IMG/VR virus record: IMGVR_UViG_3300037608_000090
Location: 1-43,185 of that record
Strand: one strand, 5' to 3'
DNA length: 43,185 nucleotides
Origin: a virus
Taxonomy: Duplodnaviria; Caudoviricetes
Position 1 is the first letter of the stretch, and each line of letters opens with the position of its first letter. This document shows positions 18,696 to 26,207 of this stretch, in pieces. The translations under genes were made by a program, and so were the position numbers. The notes below the pieces were generated by a model. That model ran no database searches and was not told the origin of the DNA. It saw nothing but the letters and a program-made list of their open reading frames with translations.

Positions 18696-19523
18696 CTAAT
18701 CCGGCCACTCCCGCACCCGCATATGTTCCGGCCAGCGGGCCATGTCCTGCGTGACCCCCGGCCCAATGCCGCCGATCTGTTTGACAAACACCGGAACGCC
18801 CGCCGAACGGCACTGGGCCACAATCGATTCAACCCACTCCAGAGGGCACACCCGCCGCCGCGGCCCGCTTTCGCATCCCACGATCACCCACCCGATTACG
18901 CTGTCATAGGTCCCCGTATGTCGAAACCCCGGAAACTCCGTCGTCGCCTCCAGAATATACGTTCTATTCGGGCTGGACCACAATCTCAGGTCCATCTCCT
19001 CCAGCAGCGGCTCCAGCGAGACAAACCGCACCGCCGCCGGCAGCTCACGCAGATACTGCATGTTATCGAACAATTCCTTTTGCGTGCAGAACGTAGCCCC
19101 CTGCCAGACGTTCTTCGGTTCCGTCCCGATCCCGAACCGTTCATGATACTGTAACCGCCGCTTGGGCCGTTTGGTCAAAAGCTGGAATGTATGGTGAGGG
19201 CAGCGGTCAAAGATACGATACACCTGATCGATGAACGCATCCGGCACGGCCTCATGAAACAGATCCGTCATGCTCCCGACAAAGATACGGCTCGGCGTCC
19301 TGACCCGAAGGGGTTCTTCCAGCCGGTCAGCAAACATCTGGATCGTGTCAAATCCCTGTGCATATTGGGCGGGCAGCTTCTTGCCCGCCAGATAAGCCGT
19401 ATGCCGCTGGGTATGCAGTTGACGGGCGTAACAATTGTCGCACCCGGCCGACGCCAGCGGCCGCGGGCAGCCGCACAGCGGGTTCCAGGTATAGTCCGTC
19501 CAGGGGATACTTGTCTTTTGCAT
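18696..19523 (-). CDS. DUF5131 (phage Gp37/Gp68) family protein
   Basis: TSIPWTDYTWNP..GC.....GCDNCYA, IFVGSMTDLFHE, FQLLTKRP, FVSLEPLL, WVIVGCESG and PVFVKQ motifs. Confidence 0.9.
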   Translation of the reverse strand: MQKTSIPWTDYTWNPLCGCPRPLASAGCDNCYARQLHTQRHTAYLAGKKLPAQYAQGFDTIQMFADRLEEPLRVRTPSRIFVGSMTDLFHEAVPDAFIDQVYRIFDRCPHHTFQLLTKRPKRRLQYHERFGIGTEPKNVWQGATFCTQKELFDNMQYLRELPAAVRFVSLEPLLEEMDLRLWSSPNRTYILEATTEFPGFRHTGTYDSVIGWVIVGCESGPRRRVCPLEWVESIVAQCRSAGVPVFVKQIGGIGPGVTQDMARWPEHMRVREWPD

Positions 19524-19777
19524 CAGCGTCCTCGCGTTCGTTTATCGTTCTGTTCAAACCACGCCAGCGCCGCGGCAATGGCCTCGGCCCGGCTGGCCAG
19601 CACCTCGTGCTGACCTTCCGCCTCGATGCGCTGCTGGAACTGCTGACTGTGTCCGCACCGTTCGGCAAACGCCGCCTGCGAGACCCCCATCGCCAGCCGC
19701 ACCGCAAACAGCCGGCCGCCGTCCACCGTCCGATGATACACACTTGCCATCACCACGCCGTCCCTGTCGCTGTCCAT
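19523..19777 (-). CDS. XRE-type helix-turn-helix protein
   Basis: LFAVRLAMGVSQAAFAERCGHSQQFQQRIE. Confidence 0.65.
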   Translation of the reverse strand: MDSDRDGVVMASVYHRTVDGGRLFAVRLAMGVSQAAFAERCGHSQQFQQRIEAEGQHEVLASRAEAIAAALAWFEQNDKRTRGR

Positions 19778-19975
19778 ACGCCCATCCCTGCTTGAGGTTA
19801 GAAGGTCCCATTAAACCCGTCCGCCAGCCGCGTCGCCCGTCGCGACCAGTGCCGCTTGGGCCGGCAGCGAAACCGGCCCGCCGACCCCCGCGACGCGATC
19901 ATCCAGCAAAACACCGCCAGCTCGAAGCGGACCTGCTCGGAAGAAGGCACATAACAGCAACTCATGATCGCTCCT

Positions 19976-20317
19976 TTACACCAGGCACAGCGGCGGTTCC
20001 GGCACAACCTCTTTTTGCGGCCGCCAGATATGCAGACAATTCGGATGACAGTTGACATACCGGGACTGCCGCGGATGATACTGCACGCAGACATCGTCGG
20101 GGCCAAAGAAGATGTCCTTGCAAAAGCACATCTCCGCCCACGTCGGGCATCGCGACTCCGTCGAGACGGACAGATGTTCCCAGTCCATCCCGAACGAGAA
20201 GACCATCTTCAGATCCACCCCGCGAAAGTTCACGATCGCCGCCAGTCCATCGGCCCCGAGCGAGACCATCGCCTGCCGGCCCTTCAAATTCCGCTGTATT
20301 TGGTCCATGGCATACAT
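19976..20317 (-). CDS. conserved phage hypothetical protein (WEHLSVS...CPTWAEMC..KDIFF...YVNCHPNCLHIW)
   Basis: Recognisable motif set common in phage proteins; GGAG RBS upstream. Confidence 0.7.
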   Translation of the reverse strand: MYAMDQIQRNLKGRQAMVSLGADGLAAIVNFRGVDLKMVFSFGMDWEHLSVSTESRCPTWAEMCFCKDIFFGPDDVCVQYHPRQSRYVNCHPNCLHIWRPQKEVVPEPPLCLV

Positions 20318-20408
20318 TCTCTAAACTCCTGGCTTCTGTTTTAAAAACGGCCGTGGTTTCTATCTGCACACACTCACGGCGCATGTGTTCTAAGAAGGAG
20401 GCTTATGC

Positions 20409-20855
20409 CTAAAGTTTTTTGTCTTTCCGGCGGTAATACAGGGCCGTCAGGATGTTGGTGATCAGGGCCGCCGTCGTCGCCGAGGCCGTCGGCGACTTCC
20501 AATCCGTCGTCGCCGCCGCCCGCCCGGTATCCAGGGCCACAATCGTCGCCGAGACGGCCTGCTTTTCCTCCAGCGTCGCCGCCGCCTGCGCCGCCAGCCG
20601 CGCCTTCTCGGTGGTATCGAGGGCCGCCGCCCACTGGTCCAGCTCCTGCTCATGCCGGATCACCAGTTGCTCTTCCCGCTCGATCAGGGCATGCCGCACC
20701 TCCGCCGTCGCCGCCCCGCCCGCCGCCCAGGCCGCCGCCCATGCCGGCGCGCTGCCGCAGCCGCTCAGCACCGTCACACACCCGATCCCGGCCAACACCC
20801 ACACCGCCGCCGACAGCAGGCACACCAGCCCCAGGACATAGCCGTACTTTCTCAT
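20409..20855 (-). CDS. putative lipoprotein with coiled coil and C-terminal hydrophobic helix (spanin-like candidate)
   Basis: N-terminal signal/TM segment with an LSGC lipobox-like motif, helical middle, and a C-terminal hydrophobic stretch followed by RRKDKK. Confidence 0.5.
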   Translation of the reverse strand: MRKYGYVLGLVCLLSAAVWVLAGIGCVTVLSGCGSAPAWAAAWAAGGAATAEVRHALIEREEQLVIRHEQELDQWAAALDTTEKARLAAQAAATLEEKQAVSATIVALDTGRAAATTDWKSPTASATTAALITNILTALYYRRKDKKL

Positions 20856-21493
20856 GGTTCGATTCCTTTCGTGTCTAAATCCACTTCCATTCCCAACGCG
20901 GCATTGACGCCCAACGCCGCCATCGCTTGATCGACCGCACCGCCCTTGCGAAAATCCTCCGGCGTGTAATTATTCGCCGGCGGCAACTCCGGCAGCAGGT
21001 CCATGTGCTGGTACAGTGCCGCGACCAGTTCGGAGCAGAACACGCTGTCCATCGCCGCCGTCGTGTTCCGCGTCGCCGTCCAGGCCGACCGGATCAACTC
21101 CAGCAGGTTTTGCTCATAGGGCCGGCCCAGCATCCCGCCGACAAACCGCCGGATCGCCGCCCGCCGCTCCATCGTCTGGATCATCGACAGCCGCCGCAGC
21201 CGGACCTGTCCGTCATAGGCCGCCAGCGCATCCGACAGCGGCGTCAACCGGACGCCCTTGACCCCGCCGCGGATCGACGTGCTCTCCAGCAGCAAGAGCC
21301 GACGCCCTTCCCGCACCGCCACACCCACATGCGAGGCCCACGTGGGCCTTAACCCCGTCACCAGCGAGCACCACCAGCGGATCCACCGGCTGATCCGCCC
21401 CTTGCCACGGAACAACACCACATCGCCCGTCTGTATCGTCTCGCGAATCGCTTCATATGTGACCATCTGAATTCCCTTTCTCATCATTGTCAT
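20852..21493 (-). CDS. permuted papain-like NlpC/P60 amidase (YiiX/YebB family)
   Basis: QTGDVVLFRG, SHVGV (catalytic His), GRPYE, FCSELVA (catalytic Cys) and TPEDF motifs. Confidence 0.85.
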   Translation of the reverse strand: MTMMRKGIQMVTYEAIRETIQTGDVVLFRGKGRISRWIRWWCSLVTGLRPTWASHVGVAVREGRRLLLLESTSIRGGVKGVRLTPLSDALAAYDGQVRLRRLSMIQTMERRAAIRRFVGGMLGRPYEQNLLELIRSAWTATRNTTAAMDSVFCSELVAALYQHMDLLPELPPANNYTPEDFRKGGAVDQAMAALGVNAALGMEVDLDTKGIEP

Positions 21494-21694
21494 CCTGACT
21501 CAGGCCGCCGTCGGCCTGCCTATTTCGTTCGCAAATGCACAAAAAACCCGTTCGCAAAGTGATAATACAACGTCCTCCACCAAATCCTTTTCACCGCAAA
21601 ATCGCCGACATTCACGACAAGGGGTTTGCTCTTTTCATAACCTGCGTTCTTTTCTGGTATTTGCGCCATTGTGTCTCTGCTTTTCTCGATACAC

Positions 21695-22393
21695 TTAGTA
21701 AAGTTCGGAGGGCTGCACCGTTTCCGCCATAACCCGCTGTGTCCGCTTGTTTAACATCGCGCCGATTCCCTTCCCGATGAATTGCGTGATATGCACATAC
21801 CGCTCCGTGATATTCGTCGTGCTGTGTCCAAGCATCCGTTGCAGCGGATAGATGTCCGGACTGACCAGCAGGTAGTCCGTCGCGAACGTGTGCCGAAAGT
21901 AGTGCGGGGTGATCGGCTTTTCAATCCCCGCCCGCCGCCGATACTTCTGGACAATGTAGTAAATTTGGTCATGGTTCAGCTTTTTCCCATGCTTGAACAG
22001 CAGCCACCCGCGGCGGTCGTTTTTTTTATACCGCTGGGGCATCGTTCCCGGCCGCACCTCATCCAGATACCGGTCGATGTACGCGGCAAACTCCTCGGCC
22101 ACCGGCACGATCCGGTCCTTGCCGCCCTTGCCGTCTTTAACCGCCAGAAACTTCTCCCCCCGAATGTCGCCCAAATACCGCGGCGTATCCTGCGCCCGGA
22201 TCCCGCAGATCTCCGCGGCCCGCAGCCCCGTGTTGATCAGCAGCCACATCACCATCGCCTCACGCCGCGCCGACACCTCCTGCGTCGCATCCGACGGCAG
22301 CACCGCGATGATCCGCGCCATCTCATCCGGCGTGATGATCTTGCCCAACTCCGGCATCCACTGCCGCTGTTTTTTTGCTCGTCGTTTGGCCAT
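21695..22393 (-). CDS. tyrosine recombinase (XerC/D-like catalytic domain only, ~232 aa)
   Basis: TGLRAAEI (R), GKGGKDR (K), HYFRH (HxxR), LGH and TERYVH (Y); ATG at 22393 with an AAGGA RBS. Confidence 0.9.
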   Translation of the reverse strand: MAKRRAKKQRQWMPELGKIITPDEMARIIAVLPSDATQEVSARREAMVMWLLINTGLRAAEICGIRAQDTPRYLGDIRGEKFLAVKDGKGGKDRIVPVAEEFAAYIDRYLDEVRPGTMPQRYKKNDRRGWLLFKHGKKLNHDQIYYIVQKYRRRAGIEKPITPHYFRHTFATDYLLVSPDIYPLQRMLGHSTTNITERYVHITQFIGKGIGAMLNKRTQRVMAETVQPSELY

Positions 22394-22403
22394 AAATTCC
22401 TTT

Positions 22404-22907
22404 TCACGGATTTTTCTCGGTGAATAACCGGAGGGTCTCCGCAGTGGGCAGCTCCTGCCCTTGTTTTTCGGAGACCTTTGCTTCAATGCGTTTCTGGGCC
22501 TTTGGGGTTGTAAAAAATACAATAGTGTTCATTTGGACTTGCTGACTGACCAGTTTATTTTTTTCATCGTTGGACAGCGATTCCGCAGGTTCCGCATTGA
22601 GGACCATTTTTAGGGTTCGGTACGCCTTTTTATGGATACTTCGTGCGGCATCACTCATCACACCGGAATAGTCGCTGCTTAAATAAATGCCCTGACACCG
22701 GCTGGTCCGCGCCATCACCTGATTTATGCGGTTGAAATCACGCACCGCCTTGTGGAGAACTCCGCGGGCCGGTCCCTGGACATCCCTTCCAATCGCAGTG
22801 CTCAGGTCCGCATAAACACAGATGTCCTTTTTTTCTTTGAGCAGTTGCGTTTCCAGCAGATTCACCAGAATCCGCACATCAGGGTTTGGATTTTTTTTAA
22901 GGTTCAT
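22404..22907 (-). CDS. hypothetical, possibly winged-helix, accessory protein next to the RAMP/pentamer-array locus (167 aa)
   Basis: The pattern YADLSTAIGRDV...LHKAVR...QGIYL resembles a wHTH. Its RBS (GGAGA) is the end of the array tail. Confidence 0.6.
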   Translation of the reverse strand: MNLKKNPNPDVRILVNLLETQLLKEKKDICVYADLSTAIGRDVQGPARGVLHKAVRDFNRINQVMARTSRCQGIYLSSDYSGVMSDAARSIHKKAYRTLKMVLNAEPAESLSNDEKNKLVSQQVQMNTIVFFTTPKAQKRIEAKVSEKQGQELPTAETLRLFTEKNP

Positions 22908-22934
22908 ACGCTAATCTCCATTAAAAAGTTTCTT

Positions 22935-23044
22935 GTCTTGTTTTGTCCGGTCCTGTCACGTCGTGTCCCGTCAAGTCCAGTCCAGTCTTGTCGCCTCGGG
23001 GCAAGTCCAGTCATGTCTGGTCCAGTCTTGTCGCGTCGCGTCGC
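22935..23044 (-). repeat. phased pentamer array 1: 22 x (NN-GAC) on the sense strand (GTCNN on +); candidate guide ncRNA
   Basis: Units from 22935: GTCTT GTTTT GTCCG GTCCT GTCAC GTCGT GTCCC GTCAA GTCCA GTCCA GTCTT GTCGC CTCGG GGCAA GTCCA GTCAT GTCTG GTCCA GTCTT GTCGC GTCGC GTCGC. 19 of 22 have an exact GTC and there are no indels. Confidence 0.9.
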
Positions 23045-23046
23045 AC

Positions 23047-23610
23047 TTAAATCCATTGGATGCTTTGCACCTCGAATCGTCCCCAGGTTCCGTTATTGCT
23101 GGGCCGGAAAAACCCCAGCCCGATGAACCGGCCCGCCTCTTTCAGAATTTCAGCAAACACCTCCTCCGTGATGGTCTCATCCAACACCAAAAAAGTCACC
23201 TCCGCCTGCCATGACTTGATATAGGGCATACATTTTTTCACACGGGTGGTGCCGCCGCGCCGGCCATCCGAGGGCAAAAACAACCACATCCCGTCCACCG
23301 CATCAATGGGGATGTTCAGCGCGACGTTTTCAAGCACCATGACGCCGGACTCGATGTGTTTGGTATAGGTTTTTTTCCCTTTGCCCGGAATCTGGAGGGA
23401 CAGGTATTTGGCCGCCGCCGACATGCAATTCTTGATCGCCATCGCCGGGATATACACCATCCCCTTATCATCCACATGACACCGATTTTTCCAGGTGCGT
23501 TTTTCATAATCCGCAACAGATTCTTTTTCCAGTTTTTCAACCTCATAAAATCGAGATTGACCGTACGTGCTTGCCGATGCCAATTTCACGACTGCTTTTT
23601 TCATTTGCAT
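23047..23610 (-). CDS. stand-alone RAMP / Cas7-like protein (187 aa)
   Basis: N-terminal strand (AVVKLASASTY), YIPAMAIKNCM (resembles the Csm3/Cmr4-type iPGSSlKG motif) and a C-terminal glycine-rich loop GRFIGLGFFRPSNNGTWGRFEV. Recognised by eye only. Confidence 0.7.
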   Translation of the reverse strand: MQMKKAVVKLASASTYGQSRFYEVEKLEKESVADYEKRTWKNRCHVDDKGMVYIPAMAIKNCMSAAAKYLSLQIPGKGKKTYTKHIESGVMVLENVALNIPIDAVDGMWLFLPSDGRRGGTTRVKKCMPYIKSWQAEVTFLVLDETITEEVFAEILKEAGRFIGLGFFRPSNNGTWGRFEVQSIQWI

Positions 23611-23630
23611 TCTCCATTAAAAAGTTAGTT

Positions 23631-23685
23631 GTCTTGTAACATCTTGTCTCGTAACGTCCCGTCATGTCGCGACCTGTCGCGTTTC
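23631..23685 (-). repeat. phased pentamer array 2: 11 x (NN-GAC-like) upstream of the RAMP gene
   Basis: Units from 23631: GTCTT GTAAC ATCTT GTCTC GTAAC GTCCC GTCAT GTCGC GACCT GTCGC GTTTC. Six have an exact GTC and five differ by one base; it ends in the same tail as array 1. Confidence 0.8.
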
Positions 23686-23865
23686 ATATCACTCTTTTAT
23701 TTCTTCATGCCCTTCATGGTTTCCCCTAAAACGTCACCGCCGCATTCAGCACCGCCGCCGCGGCCCAGTAGAGGCATCGCCGCCAGTCGCCGCCGCAGCC
23801 GCAGCCGCACACCACCGCAGCACACCCACTCAAAAAAATCAGCACGCATGGAAAAATCTTTGCCG

Positions 23866-24528
23866 TCATCGCGCCCCGCTCTCGTCAAGGTATCCGCCCG
23901 ACCCGGTCAAGAGGTCCCACAGAAATTCATTCTGCTCAGCCGCCGTCATCGCCCGGTTATCCACCACATGGCTAAACCCGCCCCATCCGTCCAACTCCGT
24001 CTCCGAGCGATGCGCATCGTCGGCCATCGGCTGCCGCATCAGCCGGATCACGATCCCGCCCATCCCGACCACCGCCTCAGCCTCGTTGACAAACCGCACA
24101 TCCGGCACCAGCACCAGCACCGGGTTCGCATAGAACGCTTCCTCGATCTCCGCCCGCCACATCCGCACCCAGAACTCCGGGTCCATCGTCCGAAACACCT
24201 CCGTCCCGATCCGCTGGAGCACCTGCCGCACCGTCAGTCCGCTGGGCTGATGCAGCGACCGTTTGCCCGCCTCGGTTTCCATCTGCTCGGACGAAAAGCC
24301 AAACCCCCGCCCGCACAGCAGCTTGAGCGGCCCGGCGAACGGCTCGATGACCGGCGTTCGCGGCGGGGTGTATGGCTGACGACGTTTCAGCCTGCGGCAC
24401 TCGGCGGTATGCCGCCCGTCGTACGCCTCCTTCGCGGCACTAAGCCGGGCATACAGGGAGAGGACCGCCGTGCTCTTGCCGCTCTGCATTTTTCCCGAAA
24501 ACCCGATGATCTTGACCGTCTCGTCCAT
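23866..24528 (-). CDS. deoxynucleoside monophosphate kinase (T4 gp1-like P-loop kinase)
   Basis: IIGFSGKMQSGKST, FAGPLK, RQVLQRIGTEVFR, PDVRFVNEAE and HRSETELD motifs. Confidence 0.88.
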   Translation of the reverse strand: MDETVKIIGFSGKMQSGKSTAVLSLYARLSAAKEAYDGRHTAECRRLKRRQPYTPPRTPVIEPFAGPLKLLCGRGFGFSSEQMETEAGKRSLHQPSGLTVRQVLQRIGTEVFRTMDPEFWVRMWRAEIEEAFYANPVLVLVPDVRFVNEAEAVVGMGGIVIRLMRQPMADDAHRSETELDGWGGFSHVVDNRAMTAAEQNEFLWDLLTGSGGYLDESGAR

Positions 24529-24562
24529 GTCGTTTTTTCCTTGTGCTGAAAATTATTTTTTC

Positions 24563-24931
24563 TCAAAAATCCAATCCGCGCCGCCGGCACATCGCCTGGG
24601 CAAACGCATCCTGTGCCCGTGCCCTCTCGACGTACATCGCGTTGACCTCGTCCGTCGTCACCACCCGCTGCGGCGCGGCGGCCATCCGCTCGGCCGCCTG
24701 CACCCGCTTGGCCCGGTCGGCCGCCGCACGCCGCACGGCCGCCAGGATCGCCTCCAGCGGCGCTGTCCGCTTGCCGGGGTCATAGCTGTCCAGGATCGCC
24801 TGCTCGACCGCCTCCGGCGCAAACGGCGTCAGCTTGTGCTTGATCGCCTCCAGCATCGTGCTCGTCGGGTTCCAGCCCGGGTACAGGTCGTAGAGCTTCG
24901 CCACCACCGCCTCGGCCTCAATGTGCAGCAT
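24563..24931 (-). CDS. hypothetical replication-associated protein (~122 aa)
   Basis: The ATG at 24931 overlaps the end of the DUF1376 gene; this is the slot of a helicase loader or its partner. Confidence 0.5.
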   Translation of the reverse strand: MLHIEAEAVVAKLYDLYPGWNPTSTMLEAIKHKLTPFAPEAVEQAILDSYDPGKRTAPLEAILAAVRRAAADRAKRVQAAERMAAAPQRVVTTDEVNAMYVERARAQDAFAQAMCRRRGLDF

Positions 24932-25787
24932 GACCTGCCCCCTTTCGCGGCCCCGCCGGCACATACCCGACCGCCTTTTTCGCCCACGCCACAAACTTGC
25001 CCGCCGGGTTGGTCACCGTGTCGTCGGCGACGATCCGCCGGGCCGCCTCGGCCATCCGGTCGAACACAGCCACCTCGCCCGTCTTGACCGCCCGCCGCAC
25101 CCCGGCGTTGAGAATATCCTCGATCACCTTGGCCGTGCCGTTCAGCGGCCGCAGCCGGTCGATCAGCACCGCGGCGGCCTTTTGCCGCGCCGCCAAAATT
25201 TCCTCCGGGAGTTTTTTATTTTTCAAATCAAAACAATCCGCGCCGCCCCCGGCGTCCGCCGCCCTATGTGGGTTACAATCTTTGTTATGGTTATGTCTTT
25301 TATTACCATAAATGTATATGTCTTTATTGCTTGGGTTTAGGTTGCCGCCTAAACCCAAGTCCACTTCGTTTTTGCTTGCAACCTGATTGCAACCACCCTT
25401 GCCCGCCTCATTTTGCCCTAACTTCTTTTCTTGACGAGCTTTGGCACTTGCCAACCCGCCTTGTCTACTTTTCGTTTGATGGGTTTCAATGCGTTTGATT
25501 AAAAAATCAACCCGCTTATTCCGCAGTTGGCTCTGTCGGTTTTTGTAAAAGCACGAACGGATCTTGACGCCGGCCCCTTTTTTCCAGTCCTCGCGCAGCT
25601 CTGAGAGCACCGCCAGCTTGTCGTCATCGTCCGGCAGACGCCCGCCGTTTCGAAAACAATGAAACAGCAGATTCAGATACCCCATCCGCTCGGCCAGCGT
25701 CATCAACTGCACACTGGCCGAACTCATCCACACCGGGATATTGATCGGAAATTCATACAAATCAATCGTGTTCATCGTGCCTTCCAT
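24918..25787 (-). CDS. DUF1376/YdaU-family replication initiator
   Basis: MTLAERMGYLNLLFHCF..GGRLPDDDDKLAVLS...LRNKRV...GGLASAKAR N-terminal domain; AT-rich linker containing repeats. Confidence 0.8.
   Translation of the reverse strand: MEGTMNTIDLYEFPINIPVWMSSASVQLMTLAERMGYLNLLFHCFRNGGRLPDDDDKLAVLSELREDWKKGAGVKIRSCFYKNRQSQLRNKRVDFLIKRIETHQTKSRQGGLASAKARQEKKLGQNEAGKGGCNQVASKNEVDLGLGGNLNPSNKDIYIYGNKRHNHNKDCNPHRAADAGGGADCFDLKNKKLPEEILAARQKAAAVLIDRLRPLNGTAKVIEDILNAGVRRAVKTGEVAVFDRMAEAARRIVADDTVTNPAGKFVAWAKKAVGYVPAGPRKGAGHAAH
25290..25400. other. candidate replication origin inside the initiator gene
   Basis: AT-rich tract, perfect 12-bp inverted repeat CTTGGGTTTAGG/CCTAAACCCAAG (25330-25359) and TTGCAACC direct repeats at 25376 and 25387. 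Confidence 0.5.
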
Positions 25788-25853
25788 GCTGTTAAAATTC
25801 CCTGCTGTTTATCCAAAGAGATTCCGCGATCGCTTTGATCGGCATCTCCGTCA

Positions 25854-26207
25854 TCAGAATTTTTTCCCATGCTTATGCGGACGTGTGGCATTAAACTCCA
25901 TCTTGGCCGACATAGCCTCCCCCAGCCGCCACCCGCGGGCGCAGCACATGTCCATAATGCGAATCACACAATCCGCCATCTCGATCTCGACGTTTAAAAA
26001 GTCCGGGCAGTGTTCGTCATGCAGGCCCCTGCGAAGCCCTTCCAGGGCCTCAGACAGCTCGCTGTGCATTAAGGCAATCAATTCCCCATCATTGCGCGGC
26101 GCATCCCAAAACCCTTTGGCGATGGCATTGGCATGAACCTCCTGGCACCAAATCCGGATCGCATTGATGAGCAGTTCATTTTTAAACAGTTGTTTCTGCG
26201 TGCCCAT
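25854..26207 (-). CDS. MazG-like nucleotide pyrophosphohydrolase
   Basis: IALMHSELSEALEGLR...EIEMADCVIRIMD...KMEFNATRPHKHGK motifs. Confidence 0.85.
   Translation of the reverse strand: MGTQKQLFKNELLINAIRIWCQEVHANAIAKGFWDAPRNDGELIALMHSELSEALEGLRRGLHDEHCPDFLNVEIEMADCVIRIMDMCCARGWRLGEAMSAKMEFNATRPHKHGKKF

Noticed and set aside
21526-21558. CGTTCGCAAA direct repeat (21526 and 21549) as recombinase sites
   Set aside because: Only two 10-bp copies with no inverted core-site geometry; it may be an operator, but the evidence is too weak to call.
22933-23214. Plus-strand ORFs over the pentamer arrays (22933..23214, 22752..23126, 23629..24549)
   Set aside because: Their Ser/Val/Cys/Pro-rich translations come from the 5-nt repeat, and a period of 5 does not fit codon structure.
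22935-23685. Conventional CRISPR array or simple microsatellite
   Set aside because: There is no 25-45 nt repeat-spacer structure, and the fixed triplet with a free dinucleotide is not homogeneous slippage-type repetition.
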